Shown here: piece after piece, positions 46,854 through 55,005 of the stretch | Numbering within the stretch: the first letter of the stretch is position 1 | Layout: each line of letters starts with the position of its first letter | Program-made: the position numbers and the translations under genes | The notes under the pieces: generated by a model | The model's database searches: none | What the model saw: the letters and a program-made list of their open reading frames with translations, nothing else | Told to the model about the DNA's origin: nothing | From: an uncultured Vicinamibacteraceae bacterium | Lineage (GTDB): Bacteria; Acidobacteriota; Vicinamibacteria; Vicinamibacterales; Vicinamibacteraceae | Assembly (NCBI GenBank): GCA_964430855.1 | Contig: CAYSHC010000002.1 | Location: 2,376-66,375, forward strand | DNA: 64,000 nucleotides | Direction of reading: 5' to 3'

Positions 46854-47974
46854 CGCGCGTCGGGCAGGACGGCCTCGAGGCGGGCCGTCTCGCCTGCCGT
46901 GACGTCGACTCTGAAGAGGCGTCCGCCTGCCGGGCCCACGACGAGCACGTCGTGCCGCCCCGGCCGCAGGCCGTCGACGGTGATGGGGGTTGGTCCGCGC
47001 TCGCGGCCGCCGAGCGTCACGATGGCGCCGGGAGGCGTCGAGACGATGTGCACCGCGCCCGTGGTGGCGGCGGGCGCGGCCGACGGCCCCCCTCCGGAGA
47101 TCGCCGCGCCCCCGGCCGCGCTCGAGGCTGCTGGCGCATCGGCTCCCGCCGCCGATGCCGGCGCGGCGGGAGCGCTCATGGTGGAGCCGGCCCGCTGGAC
47201 GACCAGGCGCAGATCGCGTCCCGGCTCGACGGCGATCTCCGCGGGCAGCGTGCGCGGTGTCCCGCCGCCGGACGAGATGGCCAGATCCGCCGGTCCGTCC
47301 ACGTGCAGGGTCAGAGGCGACGTCGCGGTGCCGACGTCCCCCACGGCATCGTTCGCGACGGCTGATGCGTCCCACGGCCGGGTGCGCAGCAGGTAGGCCG
47401 TCTCGAGGCCGAGCGCGACTACCAGCGCCGCGACGAGCAGCCAGACCCACGCGGGTGTGCGCGGCGCGTCGACCGTTGGCTCGCGCATCCGGAGCGTGCT
47501 CCAGTCGGGTTGGCCGAACGTCGGCGTCCGTTCAACGTCCGGCGCCGGCGCGCGCGCCGCGCCGCGGGCCGTGACCGGGGACGTGGCAGACGTCCCTGTC
47601 GCCACGGCGCGTTCCGCCCCGGGTCCCGAACCGGGCCCCGAGGACGCCTGGCCGGGAGGGCTCGCCGGCGGGCGACCGCTGCCCCCGTCGGCTCGTGCAG
47701 CGGAGCCGTCGGGCGTCGACGGCACGGCGGGTTGTGGCGGCGGCACATCGACCACTTCCACGGAGGCCAGGTCGCGATCGGACGGCGGCCAGGTCGGCGT
47801 GTCGTGGCCCGCGGCCTGCTGTTCCCGGCGCAGCGCGTGTGTCCGCTTCAGCAGGGCCTCGAGGCGGGCGCTGATCTCTTCTGGTGTCGGCCCCGACGGT
47901 GCGGGGTGTTCGGGATCCTGGGTCACGGCGGCTCGTTCGCTTGTACTGCCTCTCCAGGCCGACGTCAACCGCAT
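46850..47974 (-). CDS. PEGA-domain membrane protein with a Pro/Ala/Ser-rich disordered N-terminal half
   Basis: One TM (AWVWLLVAALVVALGL). C-terminal VHIVSTPPGAIVTLGGRERGPTPITVDGLRPGRHDVLV matches PEGA. Start chosen at ATG 47974 to avoid overlapping the divergent gene. The start is uncertain. Confidence 0.6.
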   Translation of the reverse strand: MRLTSAWRGSTSERAAVTQDPEHPAPSGPTPEEISARLEALLKRTHALRREQQAAGHDTPTWPPSDRDLASVEVVDVPPPQPAVPSTPDGSAARADGGSGRPPASPPGQASSGPGSGPGAERAVATGTSATSPVTARGAARAPAPDVERTPTFGQPDWSTLRMREPTVDAPRTPAWVWLLVAALVVALGLETAYLLRTRPWDASAVANDAVGDVGTATSPLTLHVDGPADLAISSGGGTPRTLPAEIAVEPGRDLRLVVQRAGSTMSAPAAPASAAGADAPAASSAAGGAAISGGGPSAAPAATTGAVHIVSTPPGAIVTLGGRERGPTPITVDGLRPGRHDVLVVGPAGGRLFRVDVTAGETARLEAVLPDAR

Positions 47975-48094
47975 GAGCCCGCCGCTGCTGTCCACAGTGG
48001 AGACGCGACGCCCCAACACGGCGACGCGTCGGCGGTACAGGTGCAGTCCAGGCAGGACACCGGCCTTGGCAGTCTCTTTGCAAACCGGTAAGGC

Positions 48095-48943
48095 ATGGCT
48101 ACGCAATCGGTCGTCGCTCGCGCCGGCATGCTGCGCGTCCCGCTGATGGTGATGGCGCTCACGGCCGCCGCGACGTCAGGCACGCTCGCGGCGATACAGC
48201 TGATATCGGTGGAGGACGAAGTCCGCATCGGGCAGGAGGCCCAGAAGGAGGTTCGCTCACAGGTACCGGAGTTGAGCGACGCCGCCACGCGCGACTACGT
48301 GCAGGCGCTCGGACGCTCGCTGGCGCCCCACGCGGACGGTCCGGAGTATCCCTACTCGTTCACCGTCGCCAACCAGCGCGACCTGAACGCCTTCGCGCTG
48401 CCGGGCGGGCCGGTGTGGGTCAACCGGGGTGTCCTCGAGGCGGCGACGACGGAGGCGCAGGTCGCCGGCGTGATCGCGCACGAGATCTCGCACATCTCGA
48501 AACGTCACGCGGCCGACCAGCTCACGAAGGCGACGGTTGCCAACGGCCTCCTCGGCCTCCTTGGCGCCGTGCTCGGCGACGAAGGCGGCACCGGGGCGAT
48601 GGCCACGCGCGCGGTCGCGGGCCTTGCCGCCAACGGCTTCATGCTGAAGTTCAGTCGCGACGACGAACGTGAGGCCGACGAGGAAGGCCTGCGCATCATG
48701 CAGCGCGCCGGCTACGACCCGAGGGGGATGGTCGAGTTCATGTCGCTGCTCGTCGAGCAGCAGCAGCGCAATCCGGGTGCGGTCGAGCGCTTCCTCTCGA
48801 GCCACCCGGCCCCGGCCGAGCGCGTCCAGGATATCCAGCGCATCGCGGCGACGATGCCGCAGGGGCGGCGCGACAGCGCGAAGTTCCAGGAGATTCGCGC
48901 CAGGCTCCAGCGACTTCCCGATCCGCCGACAACCCGGCGTTGA
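48095..48943 (+). CDS. M48-family Zn metalloprotease (BepA/LoiP-like, exported)
   Basis: Has a signal peptide. NAFALPGGPVWVNRG and IAHEISHISKRH (HExxH) ... EREADEEG are present. Confidence 0.88.
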   Translation: MATQSVVARAGMLRVPLMVMALTAAATSGTLAAIQLISVEDEVRIGQEAQKEVRSQVPELSDAATRDYVQALGRSLAPHADGPEYPYSFTVANQRDLNAFALPGGPVWVNRGVLEAATTEAQVAGVIAHEISHISKRHAADQLTKATVANGLLGLLGAVLGDEGGTGAMATRAVAGLAANGFMLKFSRDDEREADEEGLRIMQRAGYDPRGMVEFMSLLVEQQQRNPGAVERFLSSHPAPAERVQDIQRIAATMPQGRRDSAKFQEIRARLQRLPDPPTTRR

Positions 48944-49048
48944 CGGGACGGGCCGGCACGCATCCGACGCGTCATTCATTTCCGGGTGTCATACCGACGC
49001 GGCTGGATGCGTGTCGCCCCACTGCACCTTCTGTGTCCGTGTGGTGCC

Positions 49049-49080
49049 GCCCCTGCGGCGCCGCGCAGGGGCGCTTCTCT
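49049..49080 (+). terminator. GC-rich hairpin with a weak U-tract between convergent genes
   Basis: GCCCCTGCG-gcgccg-CGCAGGGGC followed by GCTTCTCT. Confidence 0.4.
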
Positions 49081-49091
49081 CACCGCGCCGC

Positions 49092-50348
49092 TCAGGGCGT
49101 GCCCAGCAGGTTCAGGAACACCGTGATGACCAGGTTGTTCGACACGTCGATGAAGAACGCCCCGACCATCGGCACGACGAGGAAGGCCTGCGGCGCGGGT
49201 CCGTACCGTTCGACGAGCGCTTCCATGTTGGCCATGGCATTGGCCGTGGTGCCGAGCATGAAGCCGATGAACCCGCCGGTCATCACCGCGGCGTCGTAGT
49301 CACGGCCCATGGCCCGGAAGATGAGCCACGGCGCGATGGCCAGCAGCGCGGCGCCCTGCGCGAGCAGCAGGATCGTGAGCGGCAGCGCGAGCCCGACGAG
49401 CTGCCACAGCTTGAGCGTCATCAGCGCGAGCACGAGGAAGAACGCCAGCGCCACCGACCCGATGTCGTCGATGATGGCCTGCGACAGCCTGAAGATGCCG
49501 GTCGCCTCGTCGATGTTGCGCAGCACGATGGCGACGAGCATCGCGCCGATGTAGGCGGGCAGCACGATGCCCTGCTGCGTCAGCCAGGCGCTGATGCCCG
49601 ACCCCACCCACATGGCAAACAGGATGAGTGCCGTGGCCTTCATCAGCGCGTACGCCTCGCGGTCGTCTCCCGGCGGCGTCGGCGTCGCGTCGGCAGGCCC
49701 GTCGATGGCCCGCTCGACGACATGGTGTGCCAGCGGGGCGCTGCCGGCCGTCCCGGTACGCGCGCTCCCGCCGGTGCCTGGCGGCGTCGTCTTCCTCTCG
49801 ATGAGCCACGTGCCAACCGGCCCGCCGAGCAGCCCGCCCGCGACGATGCCCGCCATGGCCGCGGCCACGGCCACCGTCTCGGCGCTCACGACGCCGGCCT
49901 GTTCGAACAGCGGGGCGAAGGCGAGGCCGGTCGCGGGGCCTCCGGCAAGGGTCACCGAGCCGGCCAGGACGCCGAGCAGCGGCGGCTGGCCGAGGGCCAC
50001 GGCCAGCCCTGCCCCGAGCACGTTCTGGAACACCGTGAAGGCCGACGAGATCGCGAGGAACAGGAACACCAGCGGGCCACCGCGCTTCAGGAGGCCGAGG
50101 CTCGCCCCGAACCCGACGCTGGTGAAGAACGCGATCATCAGCGGCGTCTGCCACGTCGTGTCGAAGACGAACGGCACCTGCCCGCGCACGTGACCGACCG
50201 TCATCACCGCCGAGACGATCAGGCCCCCGACGACCGGCGCCGGGATGTTGAGCCGCGCGAGCAGCGGCACGCGGTCGCGAATGGCGTAGCCCATGAAGAG
50301 CACGACGCCCGCGAACGCGAGGGTGTTGATGGCATCGATGGTGAACAC
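49092..50348 (-). CDS. gltS: sodium/glutamate symporter
   Basis: About 12 TM, collinear with GltS: NIPAPVVGGLIVS at the N-terminus and ...VVPMVGAFFIDVSNNLVI near the C-terminus. Start set at GTG 50348. The ATG at 50447 would add an Arg-rich, unlikely leader. Confidence 0.83.
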   Translation of the reverse strand: MFTIDAINTLAFAGVVLFMGYAIRDRVPLLARLNIPAPVVGGLIVSAVMTVGHVRGQVPFVFDTTWQTPLMIAFFTSVGFGASLGLLKRGGPLVFLFLAISSAFTVFQNVLGAGLAVALGQPPLLGVLAGSVTLAGGPATGLAFAPLFEQAGVVSAETVAVAAAMAGIVAGGLLGGPVGTWLIERKTTPPGTGGSARTGTAGSAPLAHHVVERAIDGPADATPTPPGDDREAYALMKATALILFAMWVGSGISAWLTQQGIVLPAYIGAMLVAIVLRNIDEATGIFRLSQAIIDDIGSVALAFFLVLALMTLKLWQLVGLALPLTILLLAQGAALLAIAPWLIFRAMGRDYDAAVMTGGFIGFMLGTTANAMANMEALVERYGPAPQAFLVVPMVGAFFIDVSNNLVITVFLNLLGTP

Positions 50349-50399
50349 GCCGTGCGATGATACACGCCGTTTCCGAGGCCCTTCTTCAGACTGCCCGCC

Positions 50400-51857
50400 A
50401 TGCCGCCCTCTGGACCTGCCTCGCGCGTCCGACGTCCGCGCAGCCATCCGCGCCGGCTTCGGCGGCCCGTACCGCGGCGCTGGAGCACCTACCGCCGGCC
50501 GTCACGGCCGCGCGGGCGCCCGTGGCTGAGCACGCGCCTGCGCCGGCTGTTCTGGCTGTGGCAGCCCTGGGCCCTCGTCGGCGGCTGGGCGCTGGCGGTC
50601 GACCGCTTCGGGCTGGCGAGCTGGACCCTGGCCGTCGCGCTCATCGCGTACCTGCTGCGATTCCCTGAACGGACGCCGACGCTCGGGCTCGAGCATACGT
50701 CGCCCGTGGGCAGCCAGGCGTTCCTCTCGACGGTCGTCGGGCTCACCGGGCAGGAGTTCATCCCGGGCAACACCGTGGACGTCCTGGAGAACGGCGACGC
50801 GTTCTACCCGGCGATGCTCGAGGCCATCGCGTCGGCAGAGCAGTCGGTGACGCTGGAGCAGTACATCATGTGGGCCGGCGAGGTCAGCGACCGCTTTGCG
50901 GCCGCTCTGGCCGAGCGCGCGCGTGCCGGCGTCAGCGTCAAGCTGCTGCTCGACGCCGTCGGCTCCAGCACGCTCGGTGACCGCGCGCTCCAGGTGCTCA
51001 AGGACGCGGGCTGCGAGGTCGCCTGGTACAACCGCATCCACTGGTACACGGTGGGGCGCTTCAACAACCGCAGCCATCGCAAGACGCTCATCGTCGACGG
51101 ACGGATCGGCTTCACGGGTGGCGCAGGCATCGCGGATCACTGGCGCGGGGACGCACGCGGCACCGAGGAGTGGCGCGACACGCAGGTACGCATCGAAGGC
51201 CCCGCGGTCCACGCGCTCCAGCACGGCTTCGCGATCAACTGGCTTCGCACGACGGGCGAGGTGCTGCAGGGCGAGGCGTTCTTCCCGACGCCGCCCGCGG
51301 CCGGGCCGACCGCCGTACAGGTCATCAACAGCTCACCCGACGCCGGCGCCTCGGGCGCGCGTCTCGCGTACTACCTGGCCATCGTCTCGTCACGGAAGCG
51401 CATCGACATCGTCAACCCGTACTTCGTGCCCGACGAGGTTGCCGTCGAGACGCTTGCCGAGGCCGCCGCGCGCGGCGTGCAGGTGCGCGTGCTCGTCACC
51501 GGGGTCCGCAACGACAACTGGCTCGCGCGGCACAACAGCGTGCGGCTCTACGGGCCGCTGCTCGAGGGTGGCGTGAAGGTGTACGAGTACCACCCGCGGA
51601 TGCTGCACCAGAAGGTGATGATCGTCGACGGCTGCTGGTGTAGTGTGGGCACCAGCAACTTCGACAACCGCTCGTTCGCGCTCAACGAGGAAACCACGCT
51701 GTGCGTCTGTGACGAGTCGGTGGTCGCTGCCCTGTCGCGCGCGTTCGACGACGACCTGGCCGAGAGCCGCGAGGTCAGTTTCGACGCCTGGCGGCGCCGG
51801 GGGCTGTGGGCGCGCGTGCAGGAGCTCGTCGCGTCATTGCTCAGGGATCAGGTGTGA
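50400..51857 (+). CDS. cls: cardiolipin synthase (PLD superfamily, two HKD motifs)
   Basis: Contains N-terminal TMs, HRKTLIVDGRIGFTGGAGI and LHQKVMIVDGCWCSVGTSNFDNRS. The start is uncertain (Arg-rich first 40 aa). Confidence 0.9.
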   Translation: MPPSGPASRVRRPRSHPRRLRRPVPRRWSTYRRPSRPRGRPWLSTRLRRLFWLWQPWALVGGWALAVDRFGLASWTLAVALIAYLLRFPERTPTLGLEHTSPVGSQAFLSTVVGLTGQEFIPGNTVDVLENGDAFYPAMLEAIASAEQSVTLEQYIMWAGEVSDRFAAALAERARAGVSVKLLLDAVGSSTLGDRALQVLKDAGCEVAWYNRIHWYTVGRFNNRSHRKTLIVDGRIGFTGGAGIADHWRGDARGTEEWRDTQVRIEGPAVHALQHGFAINWLRTTGEVLQGEAFFPTPPAAGPTAVQVINSSPDAGASGARLAYYLAIVSSRKRIDIVNPYFVPDEVAVETLAEAAARGVQVRVLVTGVRNDNWLARHNSVRLYGPLLEGGVKVYEYHPRMLHQKVMIVDGCWCSVGTSNFDNRSFALNEETTLCVCDESVVAALSRAFDDDLAESREVSFDAWRRRGLWARVQELVASLLRDQV

Positions 51858-52642
51858 AGCAGATCCGTCGTCAACTCTCGCTGCCGTGGCCCGCCGGGGG
51901 CGTCACCGAGCCCGCGCCGGATGTGCGTCCCCCCGGCACGAAGGCGCCGGCAGGGCCCGACAAGCTCTCGATCCCTCCGCCGTCGGCGCCCGTCTTCGTG
52001 CGCAACGCGCGCGCACGTCGCTACATCCTGCGCGTGCTGGCCGACGGGCGTGTCCGCGTCACGATCCCGCGCTACGGGTCGAGGCGGGAGGCCGAGGCGT
52101 TCCTGCGGACGAGGCTCGCGTGGATTGCCGATCGCCGGCGCGAGCTGCAGGCGTCGCGCGTCGACAGGCGCTGGAGGCCCGGCACGCTGGTCTGGTGGCG
52201 AGGGGTGCTCGAGCCGGTAGTCGTCTTCGAGACCGACACGCCGGAAACGGTCGCGGTCGGCTGCGCCGACGTCCAGGTGGTGGCGGCGCCTGCCGACGAC
52301 TACCGCGGCGTCCTCGAGCGGGCGATGCGCCGGATCGCGTCCGTCGAGCTGCCGCGCGAGCTGCTCGAGCTTGCGAGGCGCCATGACCTGACGGTGCAGG
52401 GCGTCACCATCCGCAACCAGCGGTCGCGCTGGGGGTCGTGCTCGCGGGACGGCCGGATCGCGCTCAACTGGCGGCTGCTGCAGATGCCCGAGCCCGTCCG
52501 CCAGTACGTGCTGCTGCACGAGCTGATGCACCTGCGCGAGCACAACCACTCCGAGCGGTTCTGGGCGCTCGTCGAGGCCGTCTGCCCGTGGCACCTCGAC
52601 GCTCGGCGGTGGCTGCGCCACGAGGGGCTGACGCTGTGCTGA
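51854..52642 (+). CDS. DUF45/YgjP-like (WLM/SprT-type) Zn metallopeptidase
   Basis: The GTG at 51854 overlaps the cls stop (GTGA). Contains RWGSCSRDGRIALNWRL and LLHELMHLREHNHSERFW. Confidence 0.82.
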   Translation: MKQIRRQLSLPWPAGGVTEPAPDVRPPGTKAPAGPDKLSIPPPSAPVFVRNARARRYILRVLADGRVRVTIPRYGSRREAEAFLRTRLAWIADRRRELQASRVDRRWRPGTLVWWRGVLEPVVVFETDTPETVAVGCADVQVVAAPADDYRGVLERAMRRIASVELPRELLELARRHDLTVQGVTIRNQRSRWGSCSRDGRIALNWRLLQMPEPVRQYVLLHELMHLREHNHSERFWALVEAVCPWHLDARRWLRHEGLTLC

Positions 52643-52658
52643 GCAGCGCACGCCTGCC

Positions 52659-53621
52659 GTGACCCGCCCCATCGTCGACGTCACCGGCCGTGTGGCGCGG
52701 CTGTTCCAGCAGCCTCCGCAGGAGTTCGTCGCGCACAGGAACGAACTCGCGCGCGACCTGGCGCGGGCGGGACAGCGCGAGCTGTCCACGCGGATCAAGG
52801 GGCTGGCCAGGCCGCCCGTCTCGGCGTGGGTCGTCAACCAGCTGTACTGGCACGAGCGCGCGGAGTACGACGCGCTGCTGGCGGCAGGGGCGGCGGCGCG
52901 CGACGCGCAGCAGTCGCGCCTGAGCGGACGCGGGGGCGACCTTGCGCGGGCGCTCGCCGAGCGCGACGCGATCATCGACAGGCTCTCGCGCCAGGCCGAG
53001 CGGCTGGCCGGCGCGGCCGGCGTGACGCTGAGCCGCGACATCCGCTCGCGCGTGCGCACGACCCTCGAGGCCATCGCCCTGCGCGCCGGCGACTCCTCGC
53101 TCGTCCACGGCCAGCTCACCGACGACGTCCCGCTGCCCGGCCTGCAGGCCCTGGCGGGCCTCGTCGCCGCCGACCAGGACGCCGCGCCCGTCAAGCCCGC
53201 TCGCCCGGCGCTCGCGCTGGTGCCCTCGCCCGAACGCGGGGACGAGGCTGGCGCGATCGAGGCTCTTGCGGCGGAGCTCGACGAGCTGCGCGAGGTGCTG
53301 GAGGCCGCACGTGCGTCCGCCGCGGACGCGCAGGAGCGCGCCGACGAACATGCCGGCGCCGCCACCGCCGCGGAGCAGCAGGCAAGCGCGGCCTTGCGGG
53401 CGCTCGAGACGGCAAGGCAGCGTCTCGCGCAGGCCCAGGACGCCGCCCGTGCCGCGGCCGCGCGTGCGGCAGAAGCGTCCGGCGAGGCCGAGAAGGCGTC
53501 GGCCGAGGTGGAGGCGCTGGTCGCGCGTGAACGCGAGCTGCTCGCCAAGATCGAGGCGCTCGGCGGCCCGGCGCCCAGGACGCCGGCCCCGAAGAAGCGT
53601 CGCGTCAGCCGGAAGCGGTAA
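52659..53621 (+). CDS. hypothetical protein: N-terminal globular domain, Ala/Glu/Arg coiled coil, and a basic C-terminal tail
   Basis: 320 aa with a GTG start. The C-terminal third is heptad-like (AELDELREVLEAARASAADAQERADEH...) and ends PKKRRVSRKR. Confidence 0.5.
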   Translation: MTRPIVDVTGRVARLFQQPPQEFVAHRNELARDLARAGQRELSTRIKGLARPPVSAWVVNQLYWHERAEYDALLAAGAAARDAQQSRLSGRGGDLARALAERDAIIDRLSRQAERLAGAAGVTLSRDIRSRVRTTLEAIALRAGDSSLVHGQLTDDVPLPGLQALAGLVAADQDAAPVKPARPALALVPSPERGDEAGAIEALAAELDELREVLEAARASAADAQERADEHAGAATAAEQQASAALRALETARQRLAQAQDAARAAAARAAEASGEAEKASAEVEALVARERELLAKIEALGGPAPRTPAPKKRRVSRKR

Positions 53622-54831
53622 AGGGCAGCGGGGCGCGTTCCCAGTCGCTCAGGCGGCGCGCGAGGTGCTCGGGCGAGCCGAGGTGGAGCAGCAGCAGGTC
53701 GGCCGTGCGGATGGCCGCCGCGACGCGAGCATCCGACGGATCGGGCGTCAGGCCATCAACAGCGGCGGCGGACGCCGATACAGGCAACCAGGCTTCCACC
53801 GTGGCCAGTGCCGCGGCCAGGTACGCGGCCACCGTGCGCAGTCCGCGTCCCTGGTAGGCCATCCACGCACCGAACGCTCGGGCCGCGAGGTACCGTCCGA
53901 GCCTGCCGCGCGCGAGGGGCTCGTCGAGCACCGCGCGCGCCTCGGCAGCCGGCACCCCCGGACGGCCGGGCACGCGCCATCGCTCGCCGGGCGGCACGGC
54001 GTCGAGGACGGCGTCAACGAAGGCTGTGCGCGCGCGCTCCTCGAGGCCCGGGGCCGGTGCCGTGATGGCCTCGCCCCCGCCGTCCTCCCATCGGCGAATC
54101 GCATCCACGACGAACGCGGGCTGCACGCCGCAGGATGGCCGCCAGGCCCGCAACCGCTCGTAGAGCGTCACCACGCGCCCGAGGCGCGCGTGCACCGAAC
54201 CGCCGCCGTTCGCGAGGGCGTCCACCGTGGCGGCCTCGATGGCGTCGTACGCCTCGCGATCGGCGAGGCAGTCGGCGCGCAGCAGCGGGGGCCACGTCTC
54301 GCGGGCGTCGAGGCCCTCGATGGCGGCCTCGGCGACAGGGCTCCCCGTGGCGTCCACGATGCGCGCAGGCTCCGCCACGTCACCGAGCGTCGCCAGTGCC
54401 GTCGGACACCAGTGCGACAGCGAGATATCCGTGCCGGCGGAGTCGCGCCTCACGATGCGCGGGAACTGCCGGCAGGCGATGGGCATCGCCGGGAGGCCCG
54501 CGTGCCGCTGCACGCGGCAGCAGCCGCCCGGCTGCGCCCGGTCGAAGAAGACGCACGTGCCGGCCGGCGTCCGGCCCAGCACGGCGCCCACGTCGTCCGG
54601 CCGGGCGTCGGGAAACGTAAGGGGAGACGAACCAGAAACCGTCGTGACGCGCCCGTCGTCGATGGCGCGCCGCAGCACGGGCAGCACGTGCCCCTCGACG
54701 GGAATCGGCCAGCCCGCGGAGCAGCAGGCCCCGGTGCTGGCGCAGGCGTAGCCGGCATGGAACGACAGCACCCGTACACGGCCCTTTGGACTGTTCGCGT
54801 CGTCGTTCACGCGAGGCGCATGGTGCCACAT
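53605..54831 (-). CDS. FliB-family (flagellin lysine-N-methylase-like) Cys-rich protein
   Basis: ATG at 54831. Contains CASTGACCSAGWPIPV and CVFFDRAQPGGCCRVQRHAGLPAMPIACRQFPR, which follow the CxxCxxCC / YkgJ-type pattern. Confidence 0.6.
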   Translation of the reverse strand: MWHHAPRVNDDANSPKGRVRVLSFHAGYACASTGACCSAGWPIPVEGHVLPVLRRAIDDGRVTTVSGSSPLTFPDARPDDVGAVLGRTPAGTCVFFDRAQPGGCCRVQRHAGLPAMPIACRQFPRIVRRDSAGTDISLSHWCPTALATLGDVAEPARIVDATGSPVAEAAIEGLDARETWPPLLRADCLADREAYDAIEAATVDALANGGGSVHARLGRVVTLYERLRAWRPSCGVQPAFVVDAIRRWEDGGGEAITAPAPGLEERARTAFVDAVLDAVPPGERWRVPGRPGVPAAEARAVLDEPLARGRLGRYLAARAFGAWMAYQGRGLRTVAAYLAAALATVEAWLPVSASAAAVDGLTPDPSDARVAAAIRTADLLLLHLGSPEHLARRLSDWERAPLPFTASG

Positions 54832-55005
54832 GACTGATTCATGATCGCAGGCGCCGAAGGTCGCACGTGCGACTGTCCGGCCTGACAGGCACACGACGGA
54901 GCGGAATCGGCGCCGGCGCCTGACGCGACCGGCGGGCCGGAGGCGGTCGCCGCGCCGGCACCGGACGCATTTGCGGGCGCGCCGCGAGGCGGCTACCATC
55001 GCGCG

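Noticed and set aside
50349-50447. N-terminal 33-aa Arg-rich extension of gltS from the ATG at 50447 (and likewise the Arg-rich first 40 aa of cls)
   Set aside because: The extensions are hydrophilic and Arg-rich, unlike GltS and Cls N-termini. They would make the divergent genes overlap. Internal GTG or later starts are more plausible, though unproven.
54860-54873. Perfect 14-bp palindrome GTCGCACGTGCGAC upstream of the Nramp-like gene, considered as a metal-regulator operator
   Set aside because: By rough composition arithmetic, about ten perfect 14-bp palindromes are expected by chance in 64 kb at this GC content. It does not resemble Fur or MntR boxes, which are AT-rich.
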